64,000 nucleotides of DNA, from the NCBI RefSeq assembly GCF_001194135.2, contig NC_068992.1:20261235-20325234 (forward strand), given 5' to 3'. Position numbers and translations under genes: made by a program. The stretch comes from Octopus bimaculoides. Taxonomy: Eukaryota. Under the pieces are notes generated by a model. The model saw only the letters and a program-made list of their open reading frames with translations, did not search any database and was not told the DNA's origin. Shown in pieces: positions 39,330 to 51,474 of the stretch. The first letter of the stretch is position 1, and each line of letters begins with the position of its first letter.

Positions 39330-40599
39330 NNNNNNNNNNNNNNNNNNNNNNNNNNNNNNNNNNNNNNNNNNNNNNNNNNNNNNNNNNNNNNNNNNNNNNN
39401 NNNNNNNNNNNNNNNNNNNNNNNNNNNNNNNNNNNNNNNNNNNNNNNNNNNNNNNNNNNNNNNNNNNNNNNNNNNNNNNNNNNNNNNNNNNNNNNNNNNN
39501 NNNNNNNNNNNNNNNNNNNNNNNNNNNNNNNNNNNNNNNNNNNNNNNNNNNNNNNNNNNNNNNNNNNNNNNNNNNNNNNNNNNNNNNNNNNNNNNNNNNN
39601 NNNNNNNNNNNNNNNNNNNNNNNNNNNNNNNNNNNNNNNNNNNNNNNNNNNNNNNNNNNNNNNNNNNNNNNNNNNNNNNNNNNNNNNNNNNNNNNNNNNN
39701 NNNNNNNNNNNNNNNNNNNNNNNNNNNNNNNNNNNNNNNNNNNNNNNNNNNNNNNNNNNNNNNNNNNNNNNNNNNNNNNNNNNNNNNNNNNNNNNNNNNN
39801 NNNNNNNNNNNNNNNNNNNNNNNNNNNNNNNNNNNNNNNNNNNNNNNNNNNATACATATATATATATATATAAAGCTATGTGTGAGAGCATCTGTATTTT
39901 TGCATTCACCTCAACACCGCTTGCCACACTGTGTAAGTTTGTTTACGTCCGTGTAAGTTAGCGATTCGTCATATGTACCAGGTTTACAAGAGACCAATTA
40001 CTTCGACTAAAACCACCTCCAAGTAGGTGTCCCAGTATAATTGCACCCAAAGGACCGATGCATGTCACATGGGAAGTATGTTCACAACTAGTTATATTCA
40101 CGCTTGTGTCTGGAAATTATAGTAATTTTTTCCCTATTACTCAGCGTCTACAAATTTCTATTTAAACCTAATCCTGTATAATACAAATAATAACAATCTT
40201 TTAAGAATCTGGTGTGCGAAAAAAAAAACTTCTACGTCTTACGATGGCGATGTTTAAACAGGAATAATATTACGACGAATGTGTTCCGTTATAATTCTGT
40301 TTATCTATCAGCTTTTATTTCACTTTTCGCGCCTCATTAATGAAATTTGCTTGAGGTGACGGTGTTTCATTTACGAGCAAATTATTATACAATAACACCC
40401 ACATTCACAGAGTAGCATATAGATTTTTTATGCATATATGTGTAAATATGTATATAAATGGGTGTGAGTGTGTGTGCGCTTGTATGTGTGTGTGTGTTTG
40501 TGTATTTTCGTGTGTGTGTGTACATGTATATGTATATTTATAAGTATACATCTATGGTTTCGTGTGTCTATCTTTGTGCATGCCCCACCACCACCACCA

Positions 40600-40780
40600 C
40601 CACCACCACACTTGCTGTCCACTTAAATCAGTGCTTCAGTAGTTCCACAAAAAGAGTCCGGTAGAAGAAGCACAAGGCTTAGGAATAAAACAGTAAGTAG
40701 TGGAGACGATCTATGTGACTAAACGACTGAAGGAGGTACCCCAGCAAGGTCGCAGTCTAATAGCAGAAACACGTAAAAGA
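40600..40780 (+). mobile_element. SINE family 3 tail, diverged
   Basis: aaaagagtccggtagaag...gatctatgtgactaaac...ggtaccccagcaaggtcgcagtctaatagcagaaacacgtaaaaga. Confidence 0.55.
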
Positions 40781-40949
40781 GGACCGTAGATGGACCGTAG
40801 ATGGCAGGTAAGNNNNNNNNNNTAAAAGAGGACCGTAGATGGACCGTAGATGGCAGGTAAGGCGATGTAAGGGCTACGGGAGGACCGTAGTTTGACTCTT
40901 GGTTCGATAGTAATACGAATGAAGAGTCTAACGTAGGTCATTCTACCCA

Positions 40950-41240
40950 TTCAACACAGCACTTTCCTTGGATCATACAACTGCAACCATAACGTCCTAC
41001 ATATATTCTTTACTACATATATTTGTATTCTCTCATTTCCCATTATACTTCCTATATTCACCCTTTTTCCAACGTAAATTCTCATATTGAACTCTACTTT
41101 TTCCCCTTTAGTGGACTCTCTCATATCGTCTCTGACGAAGGGATATCCTAATATCTCCAAAGACCTATAAGACTAGTTTTCTCTTTATAAATGTACTACA
41201 AATTCCGCACACCCTTGGTTTTGTTGTCTCATTCTATTTA
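40950..41240 (+). mobile_element. Penelope-like terminal-repeat relic with degenerate hammerhead skeleton (41128-41173)
   Basis: gtct-CTGACGA-a-gggata-tcctaa-tatctc-cAAA-gacct-ATA-agac. Class assignment inferred from the hammerhead-in-LTR hallmark of Penelope-like elements. Confidence 0.45.
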
Positions 41241-41796
41241 AATCACACACACACACACACACACGCACACATACATACATACACATACATATATATAGAT
41301 CATACACACACACATATATATATATATATCATACACACACACGCACACATACATACATACACATATATGTGTGTGCGTGTGTGTGTGTGTGCGTGTGTGT
41401 GTGTTGTATTTGGGATGGTCATGTTGCCAGTTTAGCCAATAAAATCACACGCACTGTATATTTGGTGTTAATTTGCAGCAGCTTTATATTACATTACATT
41501 ACATTAATCNNNNNNNNNNNNNNNNNNNNNNNNNNNNNNNNNNNNNNNNNNNNNNNNNNNNNNNNNNNNNNNNNNNNNNNNNNNNNNNAGCCATTTTGTA
41601 TTTTGTATTCCTCTTGTATGTGTCTACGCATGCGTATCCCTCTATGTGTGTCTATGTTTTGTAAGTGCATTTATTGGCTAAACTGCAACATGACCATCCC
41701 CAAATACAACAACATCTGTTTCAACACATGATTTCACATCAAAAATCTTGCAAAACATATATATATATATAGATAGATAGATAGATAGATAGATAT

Positions 41797-41835
<39 letters not shown>

Positions 41836-41889
41836 TATATATATGAGAAAGAGAGGTTGAGTTCAATTACAACAGTTTTACTTTAGGAA

Positions 41890-42115
41890 ATACCTGATCC
41901 GAGGTCTTAAGGACGACATCGATGCGATTTAAGTCCTTGCCGCAGCATTAGCCATGCTGGTTTGAATGTAAAAGATCTTGACTCTCCAATAGGCCAGGTG
42001 TCTTTGATCTCACCACCGTTTCAAACACTTTGATGACATGAGATGTGAGTGAGATTGGCTGATAGCTCACTGCAGTTTCTGCAGAGGTGTGTTAGAGGGG
42101 CTGCAAATTAATGTC
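41890..42115 (-). mobile_element. CR1/L2-type LINE reverse-transcriptase fragment
   Basis: Minus strand reads YQPISLTSHVIKVFETVVR and LESQDLLHSNQHG, cf. NYRPISLTS.I.KVFE.VV and L...QHGFR. Confidence 0.75.
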
Positions 42116-42133
42116 TACATTCCTTTAGGACAC

Positions 42134-42168
<35 letters not shown>

Positions 42169-43010
42169 ACACGCAAAGACATATATGTATAGAGCATACA
42201 CTCACGCACACACACACATACACACACACATATCTATATATATATACATACACACATGCACACACACACATATACATATATAGAAACGTCCACCCACTCA
42301 TACACACACAAACACAACACATATTCACTTTACATTTATCATTGTATTCAGTCGGAGGTTCTGTATCACAAACGGAACAGATGATTTCAACTTCTTTTGT
42401 GAATTGCCTCACAATGTCCTAAAGGCAACGAATGTCGTTTGAATGTATTTTGTGTTTGATACCTCCATTCAAATACAAACGTTGACATATGTAATGTCAA
42501 AATACGGTATATTATTAGAAAACTACATATTTAAACTTATTTAATGCAGTCTGAATACGTATATATATTATTTATAACACCTGGAAGAATATCCTTCATT
42601 TCCTCTCGCCGTAAATGGAATTTTATCCAGGAAGAATTGACGTCATCAGTTAGACTCCAAAAATCATTGGGTGTTTCACCTTCCTGTTCAACAGTCAGCA
42701 GTGAGGTCCATATCACTGCTTAACTTCTCCTCCTGGCCTCCATCTTAACTCCTCTCTCTTGTTCCATAATCAGCAATAGACCCTTCCTGTTGTATGTTCC
42801 ATGTTTGCTCTTTTCATCTCATTTCATTAGTTCCAAGCACCTTCAGTACCGACTGGCAGGGAACCCTCTACAACCAAGCTGTAACTCTGCAGAAGGCGTT
42901 TTTACTTCGCATGCTTCCTTTCAAAGACCAGATCGCACTCTTTTATCCGGGGGCCTGTAAACTCGATCAAAGCTGAGGTTTAATATGAATTACTTTGTTT
43001 GTCTTTGCAG

Positions 43011-43298
43011 TTTTACCTGACGTACGCTTACCAATTAAGCGAATGGGACAAATCCGAGGGAAAGAAACTATTTTGGATTGCATGATAACTGCCGTGCCTT
43101 TAGGAGGTATGTCATGGGAAAGAAATGGAGTTACACTGAAGAAATCTTGGAAATATCGGATTGAACCTTACGATGAATCTGGAAATTCCTATACACTTAG
43201 CATTCGCATTATTGACTTGAACAAAGATGATTTCGGAGAATACACATGTGTGGCTTCGAATATATTAGGCGAAGATCAAGAAACGATGATTTTGTACG
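43011..43298 (+). CDS. Exon C: complete Ig domain 3
   Basis: tttgtttgtctttgcag|TT acceptor and ACG|gtaagt donor; 288 nt, phase 1-1; lies within ORF 42995-43306. Translates (F)LPDVRLPIKRMGQIRGKETILDCMITAVPLGGMSWERNG...YTLSIRIIDLNKDDFGEYTCVASNILGEDQETMILY, with the classic I-set DFGEYTC motif. Confidence 0.95.
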
Positions 43299-43509
43299 GT
43301 AAGTGATGTTTGTATTGCCCTATTACTATTTCGTTATAAGTATAAATTGATATTGCCATTTAAAACAAAAAGGGATCAGAACTAAAAGTTATAACGAATA
43401 GCTTTCATATTTGCCATACAATAAACAGAATGTCGTTCAAACGGGAACAACAATCATGGTTTAATTAGGTTTAAAAAGGAATAAAGGAACGAGAAAAGGA
43501 TACACTACT

Positions 43510-43610
43510 CATTCCATTGTGTAGAAGGGCGAAGTCTCGAAACTTCAGAAATGTGTCCGTTTTTCCTGAGCGTCAAACTAATACACCTAGTTTCTTGTTC
43601 CATCACCTGT

Positions 43611-43640
<30 letters not shown>
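43510..43640 (+). mobile_element. Short interspersed repeat (Penelope-like end) followed by poly(T)
   Basis: tctcgaaact...ttcctgagcgtcaaactaatacacct matches the reverse complement of 63480-63560; T-run of about 28 nt ending 43639. Confidence 0.55.
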
Positions 43641-43643
<3 letters not shown>

Positions 43644-44405
43644 GTTTTGAGCCATATATGACATGCGTTCTCGTAATCTCCGAAGTTTGATCGTGTCTAA
43701 CTGGACTTCCTCCTCTTTTGGACTCTAATCGTGCTTCGAACCTTCTTCTTGAACAATTGTTATTTCTCCTGAACCGACCACTTTACCACTACGCTACCTG
43801 GATCACCATTGGAACTTTATTCTTCTCGTATTCTACCATCACGGATCTTATTGTACATTATCTTTAATTTGTATAAAATTAATAGAATAACTAGATGCCA
43901 TTTTATGCATTAGAATCGTAAAGAAACAACTTGTCTTTTATTATACTTTCTCATTTTATTTATTCTGTGATTTCAATCGTCGCATCTAACTGATACATAA
44001 CTGTATGTCAATTGTTTAGAAAATTATTCCAGTTTAAACCACATGGTTCGTAAGCTGTGAAGAGCTTAGTATATGTTTGAAGTTTCACTAAAGTTTAGGG
44101 TTATGTTCCAAATAGTTTCAGTTGATTCAAAATTTGAATAAATGTATACAATATGTTTTAGAGACTTATCTGTTCTGACATAGTACAATTTACCAATATT
44201 AGTATACAACATTGAATAAGCAACGAACAGATAACAAGTATTATTAAACATATATATTTCACTTAATTATATGATCAGAAAGTTCATATTGTTGAAGTTC
44301 GTAATAATATATTGAAAGTAAATATTTTTGATATGTTGATATTATAATTTTGTATAATTTACGTTGAAGTATTTGTTAGATCTGCATTTCATATATTTCA
44401 AATTC

Positions 44406-44453
<48 letters not shown>

Positions 44454-44498
44454 CATACCTGTTTCAATGAGTGTTTATAATATGCTTTCATTAAACAG

Positions 44499-44675
44499 AT
44501 GCAACTGCAGAGAAAGAAGAAATTTCACCACCTAGAGTGAGTAATCATGATAAGAACAAAGATTCCACAACTAGGAAAAATGGGAAATCGAGAATGGGAA
44601 ATCCGCCACGCACGGATATAAGATCTGACATACCAACGCCGCCAGATGACACCAGATCACCTCATCGACTTGGTG
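44499..44675 (+). CDS. Exon D: Pro/Ser/Thr/charged stalk
   Basis: ttcattaaacag|AT acceptor and GTG|gtacgt donor; 177 nt, phase 1-1, open in the required frame (ORF 44537-44740). Translates (D)ATAEKEEISPPRVSNHDKNKDSTTRKNGKSRMGNPPRTDIRSDIPTPPDDTRSPHRLG. Its higher GC stands out from the AT-rich flanks. Confidence 0.8.
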
Positions 44676-45556
44676 GTACGTATGTCTTTCTTGCATGTAA
44701 TGATACTCAAAATGTTCATATTCAAACTACTTTACACTAAAATTTCAATGAGTATAAACTGAACGTGAAATACTCTATTTCATATCGTACATCATTAATA
44801 CAAATATATATTCAAGTTCATACAAAACTACGTACAGAATCGCTTTGAATCTGAACCGCTTCAATCATGTACATAATCTGTTTTATTATAACGTTTGATT
44901 CATGAAAAATTCATTTTATAATACAACTAAAATTTCCGTATACAATTTAATATGAAATACAATAATGATTTTTTTTTTAGCATTCATATCAAAAAAGATT
45001 AGACCATATTTCGATGATCATGCACTTAAACTTTGACTACACATTCTACTCTAGATCATACATCAATCTGGTGATTATACATCATACTACTGTCTTTACA
45101 TCAAGCTAGCGGATGTGCATATACTACTAACAATAAATGCACCTCTCTATTAATCCTTTCAAACAGTATTGTTCATCCTTCATATTATTCATACTATCAA
45201 TCATGCAACATTTTTTATCATGTATGTTAATGAATATAACTGGATATTGCTGGTATTTTCCATCAAATTTCAGATACTATATAATCCTACTAGTCATATT
45301 TTGTATTATTGATAATCGATATTATACGAATATCACAGATGATTAAAGTGATCTTACATACCAATATACCGATCGTATGTCACATGACTTAGTATGCATC
45401 TTACCACTGATCGTGCCACTGATCATACACCATAGAAATGATCATTTATATTGCATCATGGTACTGATGTCAACATTGAGGAATCCATAATAGCACGCAT
45501 CAAAAATCCTAGAACACATCATACATTAACGTCCTTACTATACTCTGAGACTACAT

Positions 45557-45854
45557 GGGTTCCAGTTGATCCGATCAACGGAACATCCATCACGTGAAAT
45601 TAACCTGCAATTGACTGAACACTTCAGAAACGCGTGTACCCTTAATGTAGTCCACGGGAAGTTTCAGCGTGACACAAAGAGTGACAACGCCGGCCCTTTG
45701 AAATTAAAGTACTACTCATTTTAGTCAGCTGAGTGAGCTGGGGCAACGTGAAATAAAGTGTCTTGCTCAAGGACACAACGAGTTGACGAGAATTGAACTC
45801 ACGACATTACGATCGTAAGGCGATTATCCTAATCACTAGGCCACGCGCCTTCAC
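45557..45854 (-). mobile_element. SINE with family-4 head/core and family-2 3' tail, in the last intron
   Basis: Head gtgaaggcgcgtggcctagtgattagg...gagttcaattct...gtgtccttgagcaagacactttatttcacgttgc matches 54340-54448. Tail gggttccagttgatccgatcaacggaac...gtgtacccttaa matches 7545-7660. Confidence 0.85.
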
Positions 45855-46526
45855 TCACCGCTATAATTCAGAGTTTAATAACGATGCAATTATAACGTGA
45901 GGCTATTTAAAAAAATATAAGTAGTGTGGTTTACAGTGCTTCGATTTCAATCTATACCTGAAGTAATTTCATTCTTTTTATTCCAATAATACTTTCAGTA
46001 AGAACAGTTTAGTTGACGAAGTTAAACTACGAACAATGCCAAAGTAAGGCAACCAGCTAAAATGGTTTATTTTCAATAAATAACATCGGATTCTATTAGT
46101 TTGTCAACAGAATTTCTTGTAAAATACGTAGACACATTGCTGAACATGAAACAAAAAAATATTTAAAAGTGACTGAACGAAGAAAGTCATAGAAGTCAAA
46201 TTATTCCTCAAGCAAGTTAATGAATTGATGAAAGAAGGGGTATAAATGATTGCGTGCTGAAGTATTTTCTCCAATGAATAGCCGCTACACACAATAAAGC
46301 AGTATACCATCTCTCAACATTCTCACAAACAGTGTTGCACACATTTCAGACAATATTTCACTGAAGCAAAGCCAGTTATTACTTATTTTGTAATCACATC
46401 ATTTCACTTTAAACGCACCACTAATGTCTTTGAAAAATGTAAATGCTGATTACTTTTCTCTGTTCTGAATGTCCATGTTATCATGTTTAAACAAACGGCT
46501 AATTTATTTCAATTTTCTCTTGACAG

Positions 46527-46642
46527 GTACTCTCTTCCCACCCAATATAGGCAGCGGTGAATGTAGATTAGAATGGAATGGAAGACTATCGCTTTCGCTT
46601 GTCAGCTTATTCATTGCATTGCTTTGTTTCTATATGGAGTAA
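46527..46642 (+). CDS. Terminal coding exon E: predicted GPI-anchor signal and stop
   Basis: aattttctcttgacag|GT acceptor; phase-1 frame gives (G)TLFPPNIGSGECRLEWNGRLSLSLVSLFIALLCFYME*, stop TAA 46640-46642. Small-residue GSG, a spacer and a hydrophobic C-terminus with no cytoplasmic tail match a GPI signal, as in lachesin/DIP/IgLON proteins. Confidence 0.85.
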
Positions 46643-47443
46643 ATTAAAAGCAGACATTTTGGTAATGTACTGCTTTGCCTCTGCCCGATTTCCAGGCTCC
46701 TCACAAGAATATTGTTGTTTTTTCCATAGAATGCGACAATGTTTTGCAAATTTAAAATCCATATAATTTTCTTTGAAAGAAATATGAAATGGTTGTTGCA
46801 AACAAAATTGGCCTACAAAAACACATTTCCAGAGACTCTCAGGTTTTCTTTGAATTATACGTGTTTATATTTTGCTATAATATCGTAAATTGACGGTATC
46901 AACCAAAAATACTAATTGAAAGGCATTGATGAGAAATTGTGTGCGTGAAAGAAAAGAAGAAACCTAAACAGTGAGACAGGCAGAGAGAGAGAAAGAGAAA
47001 GAGTATAGGAAAAGAGGGAGAGGAAAGAAAACGTGGAGGGGAAGAAGAAAAATATATAAAGAAATTATTAAGCGTGAAGGGGAGATTACAAATAGAGTAT
47101 CATCAAAGAACTTAAATACAAGAATTAAACGAACCTGGTAAATACAATTCAGGGAACATTGAGCAACACTTCCTAATCTCCAATTGTTGCGTTAAGATAT
47201 TTATGTGTGTGTACTTTTATACACATCTATGCTTGCATACATTTACACGCCGCATCGATTAACATGAATTTACACGCACATATCACTTTAGCGTCATACA
47301 CTCAATCGTTTAGACTACATGTCTATAATTCATGCGCATGTACAGAAAAACGTACTACACACAGACATACAGACATAGACACAGATACAAAAATACACGC
47401 TTGCGACTATGTATATATACATATATATATATGTATGTACTAC

Positions 47444-47479
<36 letters not shown>

Positions 47480-49647
47480 NNNNNNNNNNNNNNNNNNNNN
47501 NNNNNNNNNNNNNNNNNNNNNNNNNNNNNNNNNNNNNNNNNNNNNNNNNNNNNNNNNNNNNNNNNNNNNNNNNNNNNNNNNNNNNNNNNNNNNNNNNNNN
47601 NNNNNNNNNNNNNNNNNNNNNNNNNNNNNNNNNNNNNNNNNNNNNNNNNNNNNNNNNNNNNNNNNNNNNNNNNNNNNNNNNNNNNNNNNNNNNNNNNNNN
47701 NNNNNNNNNNNNNNNNNNNNNNNNNNNNNNNNNNNNNNNNAAAAAGGAAACGTAACAACCAAAGTTTAAGATGATTATCTGTTCTCTTTTTTTTCTTCGA
47801 ATTTCATTGCAAAAACAAAGAATGGAAACAAAACAATTAAACGATTTATTTGCCTATAATTAGTTGCTTCAGAAATAAATAAATATATAAATAAATATAT
47901 TGCTTGGTAATGTTTTGCTGGACTCAGATAACAAGCAGCTGTTATACATGATATTTCTGCCAGAAGAGATGTAAGGTGTCTGTTAATAGGGTGACTTGTG
48001 AAGTCAAATTCTGAACGATACTCCAATTCTGAACAACTTTGAGAAGAAAAAAAGCACGGAAAATAAAAAAAAAGGAAAACAAATTCAAAAACTAAAAAGA
48101 GAAAATGAAAATACATACAAAACTACAAATTTCTGTACTCACCTTCCATACTTTCATTCTTTTACTTCCCCTTCTACTTATTTTTGTTTGTTTATTTTGA
48201 TATACTGCAGTGGCGCCGCCGTGTATTGGCAAAAACTTTAAATAGCCGCTGCATATGTTTATCTATCAACATATAATAATTTTGACGATAATAATACGTC
48301 TATATTAAATTAGTACGAATTCAAAATGGAAAGAATGAAAAACAAAAGGACTGAAATAATAAGTTATCTTTGTCTTCTGTATTTCATAAGTTGCTGTTAC
48401 TCTTGTATATATGTCTTGAAAAGCTACCGTTAATATTTTTCTTCGTCTTTTTGAAAACAAGATGAACGAAATATGTTAAACATTACAAATTGCCTTCAAA
48501 TACATTATTATTGACCATGGAATAATGACAGCAGGAGGAGTATTATTATAACAATAGTCATAATAATAATAAATGTTATTATTATTATTAGTTTTTCTTA
48601 TTTATATTATTTTAATTTTAAAGGCTGCGGAGGGAAAATAGGCTAAGGGCTGGAGTAAATACAACATGGTATTTAGTTGTGTTCCTTTGCAAGGTGTGAC
48701 TTCGTCATTCCTATTTGAATTTCAAGATAAAAAAATGTATCAGGCAAATACTCGTGTTGATTTCATCAATAGGAGCTCTCTTAATAAACACTGATTTTTT
48801 TTCTTTAATTTTGTGCATATGTTAGAAATATATTTTTCCTCAATGACTATCGTGAAAAATTAATTGTAGCCATTGATGATCACACAAAATCTTTTATGTC
48901 CACTTGTTTATAACTTTTTTTTTAACATTCCATAAATTTGGAAAATGCATTAAAAGGTTTCGAAGTATTCTAGTTAATGCAGAAGGAATATGCCCATTAT
49001 AATATAGAAAAACAAATGGGATAAAAAAATATTTGAATATTAAGATATCCGAGGATATTAATGATAAAATAACAATAGGTCTTATAATGTAAATGTTGGT
49101 AAAAAATACACATGCAATGATAAAATAGTTAAGATGTACAGAAATATCGCAAGAAGTTTATACCAAATTGGTGTATCCGATTAATTATCAGTATAGACCT
49201 TTAAATGAATACACCTTTGAAATTCTTACATAGTGAGGGAGAAAAACTCACACTTTCAGAGAAAAGTAAGTAATATAGCAAACTGTATAATAACTCAAGC
49301 AGAACCATGCTCAAAATGGTCTGAAACTTAAAAGAAGTAAAAGCCTGGAGAATAGAATCGATGTGGATTTGGACCACTTGAGAGTTAAAACAACATTATA
49401 TTAATATCTTTACAAACCTGTTCTAGAGAACGAGGATTGTCAATAAATAGACTGTACGGATATCGTATAGATACATTTCTAGAAAATTGGTCTAAGACCG
49501 CAATGAAGTCTTCGTGAATAAGGGAGAAAAACGTCAGTAGTACCAACTGTAATTCTAAACTGGGTAACACTAATGAGCACACATAAATATATAAATATAT
49601 TTATGTATTCCTTTCTTATTAATTCAGCTCTATACGCATGTGCTTAT

Positions 49648-49753
<106 letters not shown>

Positions 49754-51330
49754 GCATATAAATATGTGTGTGTGTATGTGTATATGCATATGCATATCAA
49801 GTTTATATATGTGTGCGTGTATGCGTGTGTGTGTATGTGTGTGTTAGAGAAGCTGAATAGGCAATAACAGTTCAACACAGGCAACATAGATATATGTTTC
49901 AATAGCATGTTTATTTACTACACAATCAGAGATCACACACCAATTCATCAGTCATCGGTTGTTAAATATGTGACGTCAAAGAGGATCGATCTCCGAAAAT
50001 CTAAAGAAGGATTATACCTAGATCATATCAATCTTAGGAGAGTTTGAAAAAGAAACTTACCCAATAAAATGTCGTTAATGTAGTACGGGCAACTTTAAAA
50101 ATTAGCTGCGATCAACATTCATCTACCATCAGTATGCTTACTGCTACTAGGCAGAAATTATTTTGAATTGTGTTCATAATTTATGACCAGTCCTCTGACA
50201 CATGCACTGCTTTAGGAGCCACGCTTATGTGAAAGCAATGTAAGATGAACCAACTGCCGTTTCACTCTAAAAAATATGATTAGAACTAATTAAGATACAT
50301 AAGCATAAACATTCATTAGATAAAACCTTCATGGAATTCATCAGATGAAATATTTAGGACTGATGAATATAATTAAAAACTTCAATTGATATAAAATCCA
50401 TTTTAGAATGCGCTGATAATGCTATATTAACGATGTTTCAATGGATTATTTCCCTTTTCAAACACTCCTATGACTGATATGATGGAAGTTTAATCTTCAT
50501 ATGGTTTTCAGTGCAGTCAACTTCTATCAACTGATAATTCAGAAGCTTGATGAAATGGTAAATGATTTATGATTGCGTAAAGCCCCAATTATGAATATGT
50601 AACTTTGTTATTAAAACAAATGTAACATGTATTAAACTATTATTGTCTATCCATTTTCTTCAATTTTATTTCTTTCCGCATGATATGCGGTCAAGTAACT
50701 AACGTTATTAGTGTTATGGAATATCTGATATCATTTAACAATTGAGATTTAGTTATTAAAATTACTAGTTAGAAGATAAAACGGGGATATCAATTTAGTA
50801 GTAAACTTACTGTACACGCTGTCAGCCAATCACATGCTACAAGTTACCGAACTAATAACCACTATAGAGAGGATCTAAACCAATTCATACATATATACAC
50901 ACATAAATACAAACATATATACATATATATATTTATATATACACACCTATATATAGTCACACATATACGCACACGCACACACACACATATATATATATGT
51001 ATACACACACATACATACAGAGAGAGACACAGGTAGATTGCTAGATAGATAAATGTATTATTTTTATCTGTTTATTTCATCAAGGTTACAATTTAATTAT
51101 ATTTACCTTTATATCCACACATCTTTTTTGCATGACCCTTCGATTTTATACTGTTTAAAACATTTTGGTTCTATCTAGTCCAATATATTTGGTTTTACAT
51201 CATGAAATTTAACTACATCAACTTCGCAAAAATCTAATTTTAACAGACTTTTGCTGTAATCAAATATTTCCATTATGTGTCGAGACAAATATATATCTAT
51301 ACACATATATATGTATATATACATAAGTGC

Positions 51331-51385
<55 letters not shown>

Positions 51386-51431
51386 CACATACATACAAAT
51401 ACACTTATATGTACGTTCACATTTACGTGTA

Positions 51432-51474
<43 letters not shown>

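Noticed and set aside
40774-40861. Direct repeat taaaagaggaccgtagatggaccgtagatggcaggtaag on both sides of a 10-N gap, superficially CRISPR-like
   Set aside because: An exact duplication across a minimal gap is an unmerged contig overlap; there are only two units, no spacers, and the genome is eukaryotic.
42995-43010. ORF-track start MFVFAV upstream of exon C
   Set aside because: This is the polypyrimidine tract and acceptor; the exon starts at 43011.
44676-44740. ORF continuation TYVFLACNDTQNVHIQTTLH
   Set aside because: Lies past the GTACGT donor; treated as intron read-through.
1371-47774. Long ORFs made mostly of X (e.g. 1371-2336, 17833-18921, 39085-39873)
   Set aside because: They are open only because N-runs contain no stop codons.
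46643-49300. Poly(A) signals and 3' UTR end of the Ig gene
   Set aside because: Several AATAAA hexamers occur in very AT-rich sequence with a gap at 47480-47740; none can be chosen without transcript data.
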